29,285 nt of DNA from an uncultured Muribaculaceae bacterium (GCA_964542795.1 CAZIUX010000001.1:1-29285), one strand, 5' to 3'. Positions 9,019 to 17,801 are shown, numbered from the stretch's first letter. Notes: generated by a model from the letters alone, not told the origin. Numbers and translations: made by a program.

Positions 9019-10199
9019 TATCTTACACCTTCTTCTACTTTTATTCCTCTAAATTGTTCTAAAAAATCTCTAAATATTATTGTTGGATATCCTACTTTAG
9101 GAATATTAAAAATTACTTTGCCGGTTATTTGATCTTCATATACTGGATCTGAATCTTTTTTTAGATTATTATCTCCCTTTGTTGTATATACTAATCCTTT
9201 ATTGGTATTCTTAACATTTATTATTCTATGAACTACATAAATATTGTTTTTCTTATACTCAATTATATCATTAATTTTTACTGAGTTATAATTTTTTTTA
9301 ATAATAATTACCATGTCTCCTCTTCTAATGTTTGGATACATACTATTACTAACTATAACTGTTGGCATGAACGGTAATAATCGAGTAGAAAAACACAATA
9401 ATACTAGTAATAGAAGCACTAATAAAAGTCTTTTAATCTTTACTTTCGTGTCATCAAATAAAGGTAAACCTAATCTTTTATATTTGCTAAAGATTTTTTC
9501 AATATTAATATATGCAAATAAAGGTGTTAAATAATCAATAATTACAAGGATAAAAAAGATATTATTAGGAAATATTGGTGTAATAATACTAACTAATTTA
9601 ATTATTAATATATATATTAAACTAGATACATAGCCATCCTTAACAGCTAAATATGTTAAGAAAATATTTAATGCTGCAAGTGGCATGAATGTCTTAATAA
9701 AATATTCTATAAATGTAGAGAAACTTTGAATTGATGCTGAAAAATTATTATATGATACATCGGAAAAAATCATAATAATTGTAATAAGTATATAAATAAT
9801 TTTTCTATTCTTGTAATTAGTATTTTTAACAAAGTAATTTCTTACGATTTCTCTTGGAACAAAAAAGCTTAATATCCACCAAGAATTCTTGACTAGTCCA
9901 AGAATAGATCTATCAAAACCGCTTTTTGTATATCCTATTACTATTCCAATAGAATAATAAATAATTACATATACTAAAACAGAAATGAGAGTAAATTCTC
10001 TTACATCTTTAGTTTTAAAACTAAATGTTTTCTTTCTATTAAATGTAAACAAGTAAATAATTCCTAATATAAATACCCAAATTATTGGTCTTATGTAGTA
10101 AATATAATTATTTCCGTATTGCCAAAAAAGCATTGGAGTTATAGCCCCAAAGATAAATACAAAAAATAATGAGTAATAAATCATTGTTTTGTTTTTCAT
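9018..10199 (-). CDS. sipW: ER-type (SipW/SEC11-like) signal peptidase I fused to an N-terminal polytopic membrane domain
   Basis: C-terminal SNSMYP (Ser286), VVHRII (His324 general base rather than Lys) and TKGDNN..D. Residues ~1-250 contain multiple hydrophobic helices. Confidence 0.88.
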   Translation of the reverse strand: MKNKTMIYYSLFFVFIFGAITPMLFWQYGNNYIYYIRPIIWVFILGIIYLFTFNRKKTFSFKTKDVREFTLISVLVYVIIYYSIGIVIGYTKSGFDRSILGLVKNSWWILSFFVPREIVRNYFVKNTNYKNRKIIYILITIIMIFSDVSYNNFSASIQSFSTFIEYFIKTFMPLAALNIFLTYLAVKDGYVSSLIYILIIKLVSIITPIFPNNIFFILVIIDYLTPLFAYINIEKIFSKYKRLGLPLFDDTKVKIKRLLLVLLLLVLLCFSTRLLPFMPTVIVSNSMYPNIRRGDMVIIIKKNYNSVKINDIIEYKKNNIYVVHRIINVKNTNKGLVYTTKGDNNLKKDSDPVYEDQITGKVIFNIPKVGYPTIIFRDFLEQFRGIKVEEGVR

Positions 10200-10209
10200 A
10201 GCTATATCC

Positions 10210-10779
10210 TTAATTGATTATTATATTATAATAAAAATATTGTGTAACTCCAAATACATTATATTGAACTGTTGTTTTTAAACTGCTTGGTGTAGTAGCT
10301 TTGTTATTATTAAAACTAAAGTTCGTTGTAAAAGAACCCGTAGATCCTGGCATAATCGTTGTTTGAGTTAGTGAAGAACCTGTAACAGTCAGTGTAGATC
10401 CAGCTATCTTTTGAGTAGACACAATACCATTAGTCATTTTATATGCATATGAATTAGTAAAATTTATGGTTAATGATGCAGTATATATGCCGTTTTTTTT
10501 ATTGGCTTTAATAAAATTAACTGTAAGATTATTTCCGGATAAATTTTCATTTTGAAAAAGTGCTCCACTAGGAAGTGATCCTGCAGTATACCTTCCTCCA
10601 GTTTGAGATAACGATATATTAAGTTGATCACCTGTTATAGGCGAAACGGTATAAACAGAGCCATTTATTCCTAATTGCTCACTAAAAAGACTATATCCCA
10701 CTGTAATAAGTAATAATACTATTACTATAGATATAGTATAATAGGGAATTAACTTTTTCTTCTTTCTTCTTAACTTCAT
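10210..10779 (-). CDS. Exported protein with a SipW-class signal peptide (probable start 10779, 189 aa)
   Basis: MKLRRKKKK..YY, hydrophobic stretch, then TVGYSLFSEQLGINGS. Mature part is S/T/N/G-rich and beta-type. SD-like AAGAGG precedes ATG 10779 (ORF track start was 10827). Confidence 0.75.
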   Translation of the reverse strand: MKLRRKKKKLIPYYTISIVIVLLLITVGYSLFSEQLGINGSVYTVSPITGDQLNISLSQTGGRYTAGSLPSGALFQNENLSGNNLTVNFIKANKKNGIYTASLTINFTNSYAYKMTNGIVSTQKIAGSTLTVTGSSLTQTTIMPGSTGSFTTNFSFNNNKATTPSSLKTTVQYNVFGVTQYFYYNIIIN

Positions 10780-10839
10780 AATTCCTCTTAAAAAAACCAA
10801 CATAAAGATTAATCTTATGTTGGTCAACTAAATGTAATC

Positions 10840-11346
10840 TTAAGGAGCTTGTTCGTAATCTAATGTTACTGAATAATTAACTGTTTTGTTTCCGGTTTCT
10901 GAAGCCAATTTCCAAGTTACAGTAATTTCAAAATCAAATGTGCCACTTGCCGCAATTGTTTGCCCATTAGTAATGGCAGGGGCTATATCAACTTGAATAT
11001 CTGGATCATTATTTCCAGTAACAGCAATATTAGTAAGTAATGCATCCACGTTTCCAACATTTGAAACAGTTACATCATAGGTTACTGTTGCACCCGGTTT
11101 TAATAATGTTGGTGCCGCAAGCGTTAATGTGTTTTTATCTCCAGATATTGTTGCGGTGGGTGTCCCAGCTTGAAATGACGATCCAACCGTTGCACTAGTA
11201 AACTCTAGATCAAAGTTCCCAGATGCAGTAAATGTTCCTGAAATATTTAACACATCAGCAAATAATGCATATCCTACTGATAAAGTTACTACAACTGCAA
11301 CTAATATAAGTATGTAATATTTTCGATCAGTTTTTTTTCTTTTCAT
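10840..11346 (-). CDS. TasA/camelysin/BsaA-like exported protein with a SipW-class signal peptide
   Basis: MKRKK..RKYY, hydrophobic stretch, then SVGYALFADVLNISGT. Contains PG..VTYDVTVSNVG.VDA and ends in the beta-strand VTLDYEQ. Strong SD AAGGAG. Confidence 0.78.
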   Translation of the reverse strand: MKRKKTDRKYYILILVAVVVTLSVGYALFADVLNISGTFTASGNFDLEFTSATVGSSFQAGTPTATISGDKNTLTLAAPTLLKPGATVTYDVTVSNVGNVDALLTNIAVTGNNDPDIQVDIAPAITNGQTIAASGTFDFEITVTWKLASETGNKTVNYSVTLDYEQAP

Positions 11347-11372
11347 TTTTTATTTCTCCTTATCTTAATCAC

Positions 11373-11394
11373 ATTATATCAAATTAGTTGTCAA
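11373..11394 (-). promoter_or_regulatory. Putative promoter of the SipW cassette (extended -10)
   Basis: TG-a-TATAAT (11381-11373). A perfect TTGACA (11394-11389) lies only 10 nt upstream of the -10 hexamer. Confidence 0.55.
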
Positions 11395-11457
11395 GAATAA
11401 AACATATTTTAAATATATTTTACATTTTATTTTACATTAAGTTAGTTATGTTACAAT

Positions 11458-11883
11458 TTAGACTCTTTTTATTTCTCTTTTTAAATCTCTTTCTTTAATT
11501 ACAGCTCTTTTATCGTATAATTTTTTACCTTTGGCAAGACCAATTAATAATTTTGCTCTTCCATTTTTTATATACATTTTTAAAGGGATAATATTATATC
11601 CATCTTGAGATGTCCCTTCTTTAAGTTTTTTTATTTCATTTTTATTTAAAAGTAGTTTTCTTTCTCTTGTTTCTGAATGATTAAATCTATTGCCTTCTTC
11701 ATATTTTGAAATATGCATATTAATAACGAATGCTTCATCGTTTTTTATTCTAATATATGAATCTTTAAGATTAACACTGCCTTTTCTTATGGATTTTATT
11801 TCTGTTCCAAGCAATACTAATCCTGATTCATATTCTTCTTCAATGAAGTAATCAAAATATGCTTTTCTATTCTTTACTTCCAT
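11458..11883 (-). CDS. smpB: SsrA-binding protein SmpB
   Basis: [34 protein letters not shown]; overlaps the rnr end. Confidence 0.98.
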   Translation of the reverse strand: MEVKNRKAYFDYFIEEEYESGLVLLGTEIKSIRKGSVNLKDSYIRIKNDEAFVINMHISKYEEGNRFNHSETRERKLLLNKNEIKKLKEGTSQDGYNIIPLKMYIKNGRAKLLIGLAKGKKLYDKRAVIKERDLKREIKRV

Positions 11884-12922
11884 TTATATCACCATCTTCA
11901 AATAACTCAAAATCTATTTCTCCTGTTTCTTTAGTGGCTTTTACAGTTCTAACTTTAACTTTGTCTCCTAAACGATATCTCTTACCATGAGATGCCCCAC
12001 TTATTGTATGTTTAGTTTCATCGAAAGAATATTCATCATCAACAAGTGTTGATTGATGTACTAATCCTTCTACTAAATTATCAAGAGAAACAAAGAAACC
12101 AAATCCCATAACACCAGAGATTGTTCCTTCAAATACTTCTCCAATATGTTTAGACATATATTCAGCCATTTTCATGTCTAATACTTCTCTTTCAGAATCA
12201 ATTGCCGCTTGTTCTCTTAAGCTTGAATTATCCGCGATGAATGTTACTTTTTTATCTACACCTTTTGTATTTAAATCATTATAAATAACATATTTTCTTA
12301 ATAATCGATGTACAGTTAGATCTGGGTATCTTCTTATTGGACTAGTAAAATGAGTATAACAAGTAGACGCTAATCCAAAGTGCCCGATATTTTCTTTAGT
12401 ATATAAAGCTTTTCTCATACTACGAAGCAATAATGAAGATAAGATATTTTTATTATCTAATTCATTAACCGCATTTAAGATTTTTTGAATTGTCTTTGGT
12501 TCATAATTAGTTATTTTCTCTTCTATTTTATAACCGAAAGAGGAAGCAGTAGTTAAAAATTCTTCTACTTTTTCTGGGCTTGGTTTTTCATGAGTACGAT
12601 ATATAAATGGTAAATTCTTATTGAATATATGAGTTGCTACTGTTTCATTTGCCGCAATCATAAAGTCTTCAATTAACATTTCCCCATCTTCTCTTGTTCT
12701 AAGAACAATATCTATTGCTTCGTTATTTTTATTTACCATTACTTTAGGTTCTTGCATGTCAAAATCAAGATTACCTCGTAAGTCTTTGTTTTTTCTTAAT
12801 ATTTTAGCTAATTTATTCATTAATAATAATTTATCTTTATATTGTTCATATTCTGGATCAATAATATTTCTAATTAATAAATCATTAACTTTTTTATATG
12901 TCATTTGAATTCTTGATTTAAT
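11867..12922 (-). pseudogene. rnr: Ribonuclease R, C-terminal part (RNB C-half plus S1 domain)
   Basis: Frame opens as IKSRIQ-MTYKKVN (ATG 12904). Contains LIEDFMIAANE, YTHFTSPIRRYPDL.VHR and S1 (GFFV.L..EGLVH). Out of frame with the N-terminal part. Confidence 0.9.
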
Positions 12923-13941
12923 ATAGATTTGAACAATTTATCATCAATATCCATAATACAAGACATAGAAAGTCTTAATACACCAGGATTTAAAGAACAT
13001 ATTCCATTAGATAATTTATGAGGCAACATTGGAATAACAGAATCCGCTAAATAAGCGCTTGTGCCTCTTTTTAAGGCTTCTTTATCTAAAGGACTATTTT
13101 CTGTTACATAATGGCTTACATCGGCAATGTGTACTCCTAAACGATAGATATTACCAACCATTTCAATACTTAAAGCATCATCTATATCTTTAGTATCATC
13201 TCCATCAATTGTAAAAATTATTTCATTAGTTAAATCTTTTCTTCCTTTAAGTTCACTTTCAAAAACTTCATTTGGAATATTATCGGTTTGGGCCATTACT
13301 TCATCATTAAATTCTTCATCAAAACCGTATCTTAAAGCAATTGATTTAATATCCACTCCAGGATCATTTTTATGGCCAATTATTTTAATTATTTTAGCTA
13401 CATAACTAGTGTTGTTTTTTTCTTTAATCATTTCGATTTTAACTTTTGTTCCATCAACACAGTCTTTTATTTTTGAATCTTTAATTAATATCTTTAAATT
13501 TTTTCTTTCATCATCTAAGATCGCATAAGCTTTGTTTTTTTCAAATTTAATTTCAGCAACTAAATTATTTAAATCTCTTTTAATAATTTTTAATATTTTT
13601 CCACTATTATTTTTCTTTTCAACAGAGGAAAGAACAATATCTCCATCAACTGCTCCATTAATAAATGGCATAGGGATAAACAAATCTTCTTTAAAATCTG
13701 AATTCACAACAAACCCATAGCCCTTTTTATTTAATGTTAGTTTACCAGTTCTATAATAGTCATTTTTTGAAAATAGCATATATTTATTCTTATTAGTTTT
13801 ATATATTTTATATTCACTCTCTAATTCATCTAAAAAAAACTGTATTGCTTTTTCATCTTTTTCACTTAAGGAATTAGAGATGTCTAAAACAGTCATCTTT
13901 TTATCGGTATTTTTTAATATTTCAAGTATCTTTTCTTTCAT
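12901..13941 (-). pseudogene. rnr: Ribonuclease R, N-terminal part (HTH, cold-shock domains, start of RNB); probable start 13941
   Basis: SD AGGAG before MKEKILE. Contains GYGFV, TIDGDDTKDIDDA, VHIADVSHYV and RGTSAYL...PMLP..LSNGICSLNP. Stops at TGA soon after MDIDDKLFKS. Confidence 0.9.
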
Positions 13942-14005
13942 AATTATCTCCTGTTTTGATTTTATCATACTTTTTTATTAAAAAGATAATTAAAATTGTG
14001 TACAT

Positions 14006-14035
14006 AAAAAAACTACTAAAGCATTAGTAGTTTTT
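14006..14035. terminator. Intrinsic (potentially bidirectional) terminator after the accessory pair
   Basis: A7-CTACTAA-AGCA-TTAGTAG-T5, three nt past the stop codon. Confidence 0.8.
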
Positions 14036-14038
14036 ATG

Positions 14039-15853
14039 CTATTTTTTATATGTAAAAGGTTTGATTGTTTCTTTTATTAAACCAATATCTGTTAAACTTA
14101 AATTACTCTTATAAAGGATTGCAGATACTAACATTTCCTCAGTAAATGGTTCATTATTTGACAGAAGTGCTTTTAAATTCCTTAAAACTTTTCTAGATGA
14201 TACTGTTATTCCACTAAAACTATATATACTATTATATAAGAACTTATCATTAATCTCTTTAATTATGCTTTGATCAACATCAGTAGACAATCTTTGTGAT
14301 TGACTTAAATACTCTTTGTGATTTTTGGATAATATTTCATTACCATCATCAATTATATAATTATCTAAACAACAATCATCAACCAAAAAATTTTGTCCAG
14401 TAACAATTGCACCTATTAATCTATTATTCTTAATTATTTCAAGACCAACGCTGTACGCAATTACTATTCTTTTAGTTATTTTATTGATGTCATAGCCATT
14501 TACATTTGTAAAATCAATGGTTTTTGTGTCAATTCCTAGTTCTATCATTACATCAATTAAATCAAATAATTTAGGGTTATTATATACTTCAAGATCACTA
14601 ATATTATATTGTCTTGCTAATTCGCCAATTTGTTTTAAATTTTCAGTTTTCATTAATAAAATATTGGGATTATAGTTTGGATTACTAATATCAATTTTAT
14701 ATTCTTTTAGAATTTGAATATTGTTAAGTAATCTTTTATATAACGAATTAGGTATTTGAATTCCTTTACTTAAGAATGATTCATATTTATTTTGATCAAT
14801 AAATATACTTATATTTGAGATTATAAAATCAGTAGTTATATATCCACTTAATTGAAATCTACCGATATTATTAGCTATTTCTGGAGTAGAAGAACATAGT
14901 ATATAGTCCAGACCTTGATTAACAATACTATCTAAATTGATACCCATACTCTTTATAGAATTTAATATTTCTAAACTAGAGCTGGCATCACAATAAGTAG
15001 TAATAAAATCTTTGTTTTGAAACATATCTATAGATAGGTGGTATTTTCTAAGAATACTGTTTAATTTTTCTTTTTCATTTTGGTTACGTTGCCCAAGTAA
15101 TTTTAAATCTAGTTCATCATTTACGAATGTTTGATTATCAACAATTAACTGAAATAAATAACTTAGTGTTCTTTCTGAAAATAGTCCTCTTCCTTTTTGA
15201 TCAATAGCTAATAATGGATTTGTTCCGTTATTTTTAATATTTTCTAACATTTGGATGTGAACCTCAGAAATTTTAATTGCTTTTTGATATAGTTTTTCGA
15301 ATGATTCTTTTTCTTTTTCAACATATGTTCCTAAATCTTTTAAATAATCTTTTAGAGCATCCATTGCATAATAAAATAATTTTTTATTGATTCTAGTAAA
15401 TAATAATTTACTGTCCTCATTAAGTCCTCTTATTGTATATCCTCTACCAATAGTTACTAATAATGCATCACACATTTGAGAATAGTTTAAGTATTTATTT
15501 AAAAAATTAAATAAAACTAAGTAATTATTATGTTTTAAGATTGATATCGTTTCTTTGTTTAATAATAATTCCCTTATTTCAATAATTTTATCTAAGTCAA
15601 TACTATTGATTATTTTTTCTTCATCAACTAATTCATCTAAAATAGATTTGGAATCTATATTAGGATTTTTAATAATAATATAACTCAATAGAAATCCAAA
15701 GTTATTCATTGTTTCACTTTGTTCATCAGAAATATCTAAGGGATCTCCAAATGCTGAAACTAAACCTAAATTTTGTTTGATTCTTTCACAAGTATACTTA
15801 CTTTTTTCAAAATCATCAGAAATAGACTCAGCTATTTTCATGATATTCATCAT
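14039..15853 (-). CDS. Hypothetical 604-aa helical-repeat protein
   Basis: Long ORF with no TM. Its ATG directly follows the upstream TAA, and the SD AGGAGAG lies inside the upstream gene's last codons. ~30-32 aa periodic motif in residues ~260-475. Confidence 0.85.
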   Translation of the reverse strand: MMNIMKIAESISDDFEKSKYTCERIKQNLGLVSAFGDPLDISDEQSETMNNFGFLLSYIIIKNPNIDSKSILDELVDEEKIINSIDLDKIIEIRELLLNKETISILKHNNYLVLFNFLNKYLNYSQMCDALLVTIGRGYTIRGLNEDSKLLFTRINKKLFYYAMDALKDYLKDLGTYVEKEKESFEKLYQKAIKISEVHIQMLENIKNNGTNPLLAIDQKGRGLFSERTLSYLFQLIVDNQTFVNDELDLKLLGQRNQNEKEKLNSILRKYHLSIDMFQNKDFITTYCDASSSLEILNSIKSMGINLDSIVNQGLDYILCSSTPEIANNIGRFQLSGYITTDFIISNISIFIDQNKYESFLSKGIQIPNSLYKRLLNNIQILKEYKIDISNPNYNPNILLMKTENLKQIGELARQYNISDLEVYNNPKLFDLIDVMIELGIDTKTIDFTNVNGYDINKITKRIVIAYSVGLEIIKNNRLIGAIVTGQNFLVDDCCLDNYIIDDGNEILSKNHKEYLSQSQRLSTDVDQSIIKEINDKFLYNSIYSFSGITVSSRKVLRNLKALLSNNEPFTEEMLVSAILYKSNLSLTDIGLIKETIKPFTYKK

Positions 15854-16834
15854 TTATAACACTCTCCTTAAATTATTATCTAAGTATTCTATTATTTCTC
15901 CCGCTTCTTTTTTGAAAGATTCTTCATCATACTCAGAAATTAGGGAGTCAGAAAATGATTTAATTCTTTTTATGCGTTTTTGAAGAGTGCGATAACTTGC
16001 CTCTTCAGAATTTTGTTTTTTTATGAACACTTGGGTAATAAAACAATATTCCTTAACAAAAGTAAAGACCACACGACAGAAACCACTTCTTGATTCTAAA
16101 GCCGCCATCGAAATGAATTTCTTTTGATTAATTGGTTTTCCTCTTATAATTGAAATAAACGATTCTTTTATATCTTCATAAAATTCTGGAGATATACTTT
16201 TAATATCAGAGTAGAAGTCAATATTTCCTTGGGGAGTTTTCAAAAATATCGGTTTATAATTGGAAACAAAAGGTGCTGTTTCTTCAACAGTTTCTTCTTT
16301 GGCACTTGATAAAAATTTAATTGTTTCTATTAATTCTATAATTTTCTTTTTTTCTCTTTGTTTTTCTTCTTTATATTCTTCTTCTTTCAACATGTCATTA
16401 TAAAATTTTAATTCTGAAAACTTTCTTAATAACAATTGTACTAGTATTTCGTCTTTGTCTTCTCTTTCAAGAATATCGTCAATTATATCATCAATACTTA
16501 TACCTTCTTCAAGCAAATTTAAATAAAGTTGAACAGAATCATTTTCCTTAATACATGTTGGCTTAATAGGGACAAATGTTTTTGTATTTTCAACTTTGTT
16601 TGGTAATTGTGTGGTTTTAGAAGCAATGATTTGATCAGTTATAATTGTTCTTTTTAGCTCTTCTTTTTTTCTCAGTAAAATAATTCTATTATGTTCTACT
16701 ATAGTTTCTAGAATCATTCTTTTATTTTCAAAGTCATCACCTGAAATAGAGAACATATTAAAAATTTCTTCATAGTCTCCAATGAATTCTACTGATTTAT
16801 TTATATATTCTTTAATCTTTTTTATTTCGGCCAT
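15854..16834 (-). CDS. Hypothetical 326-aa protein with a helical N-terminus and a C-terminal RelE/ParE(Gp49)-like domain; probable start 16834
   Basis: SD-like GAGGGGG 7 nt before ATG GCC (MAEIKK). C-terminal YKPIFLKTPQG...ALESR...RVVF...ITQVFIKKQ matches the recalled Gp49/RelE pattern. Confidence 0.72.
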   Translation of the reverse strand: MAEIKKIKEYINKSVEFIGDYEEIFNMFSISGDDFENKRMILETIVEHNRIILLRKKEELKRTIITDQIIASKTTQLPNKVENTKTFVPIKPTCIKENDSVQLYLNLLEEGISIDDIIDDILEREDKDEILVQLLLRKFSELKFYNDMLKEEEYKEEKQREKKKIIELIETIKFLSSAKEETVEETAPFVSNYKPIFLKTPQGNIDFYSDIKSISPEFYEDIKESFISIIRGKPINQKKFISMAALESRSGFCRVVFTFVKEYCFITQVFIKKQNSEEASYRTLQKRIKRIKSFSDSLISEYDEESFKKEAGEIIEYLDNNLRRVL

Positions 16835-16860
16835 AAAAAAACCCCCTCTTTTGAGGGAGT
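16835..16860 (-). terminator. Intrinsic terminator of rplJ-rplL
   Basis: Minus strand ACTCCCTC-AAAA-GAGGGGGT followed by T6, ~30 nt after the rplL stop. Confidence 0.85.
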
Positions 16861-16889
16861 ATTCTAGCAAATAACTACTATTTTGTCAA
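16861..16889 (-). promoter_or_regulatory. Near-consensus sigmaA promoter for the accessory pair
   Basis: TTGACA (16889-16884), 17 nt spacer, TG-c-TAGAAT (16866-16861). Confidence 0.8.
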
Positions 16890-16890
16890 A

Positions 16891-17256
16891 TTATGCTAAT
16901 TCGATAGTAGCGCCGGCTTCTTCAAGTTGAGCTTTAACTGTGTTAGCTTCTTCAGCAGGAATGTTTTCTTTAACATTTCCTCCGTTGTCTGCTAAAGCTT
17001 TAGCTTCAACTAATCCTAAACCAGTTAATTCACGAATAATTTTAATTACTTGAATTTTAGCTGCTCCTGCATTTTTTAATACAACAGTTTTAGTTTTAGG
17101 TCCTTCTTCTTGAGCTGCTGCAGTTGGAGCTGCTACTGCTACTGCAGATGGATCTACTCCTAATTCTTCTTTCATTAAATCAACTAATTCTTTAACTTCA
17201 AGAATAGTCATTTCTTTTAATGAATCAATAATTTCTTTTGCGCTTAATTTTGCCAT
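16891..17256 (-). CDS. rplL: 50S ribosomal protein L7/L12
   Basis: [36 protein letters not shown]. Confidence 0.99.
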   Translation of the reverse strand: MAKLSAKEIIDSLKEMTILEVKELVDLMKEELGVDPSAVAVAAPTAAAQEEGPKTKTVVLKNAGAAKIQVIKIIRELTGLGLVEAKALADNGGNVKENIPAEEANTVKAQLEEAGATIELA

Positions 17257-17277
17257 CTTTTTTCTCCTCTTTCCTTT

Positions 17278-17778
17278 TTAGTTATTTTCTTCACTCTTTT
17301 TGTCAGCATATAAGTCTAAACAAATTGCGACATTTCGAACATGTTCCATTAATCCACCAGCAAACATTGATAGTAAGCCTTCATATGATGGAATTGTTGC
17401 ATATTCTTTGATAACATCTACAGTGACAACTTTATTATCAATAATACCAGTTCTAATAGTCATTAATTTACTAGTAGTACTGTATTTATCAACAGTTTTA
17501 ATTGGGTCGATGATATCACTACCAAATACAAATGCATTTGGGCCTTCTAAGAAAGCGTCTAAGTCATATCCAAGATCATTTAATGCTCTTTTAACAAGAG
17601 TATTTTTATAAACTTTAATATCACTTGATGATTTTCTTAATTCTCTTCTTAATTCACTAATGTTAGAAACAGTAGATCCCTTGTAATCAACAATAACCAT
17701 TGTTTTTGAATTACTTAGCTTATCTTTAATTTCTTGAACAACATCGTTTTTTAAATTAAGATTTCTTTCACTTGCCAT
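17278..17778 (-). CDS. rplJ: 50S ribosomal protein L10
   Basis: VDYKG.TV...ELR, KVYKNTL..RA, LEGP, ATIPSYEGLL. Confidence 0.98.
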   Translation of the reverse strand: MASERNLNLKNDVVQEIKDKLSNSKTMVIVDYKGSTVSNISELRRELRKSSSDIKVYKNTLVKRALNDLGYDLDAFLEGPNAFVFGSDIIDPIKTVDKYSTTSKLMTIRTGIIDNKVVTVDVIKEYATIPSYEGLLSMFAGGLMEHVRNVAICLDLYADKKSEENN

Positions 17779-17801
17779 TTTTGCCTCCTTATTTATTATT
17801 T

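Noticed and set aside
11347-11457. tmRNA (ssrA) downstream of smpB
   Set aside because: The gap is ~110 nt and AT-rich, too short, with no tRNA-like ends.
11458-11505. Truncated SmpB tail
   Set aside because: 15 residues follow DKR, within the range of functional SmpBs as recalled, so there is no clear lesion.
12901-12904. ATGA overlap between the rnr halves as proof of a designed, translationally coupled split
   Set aside because: The conserved Met-Thr codons (ATG ACA) always contain TGA in another frame, so the overlap is expected by chance after a frameshift. TGA-as-Trp (code 4) would not join the frames, and I saw no X_XXY_YYZ slippery heptamer there.
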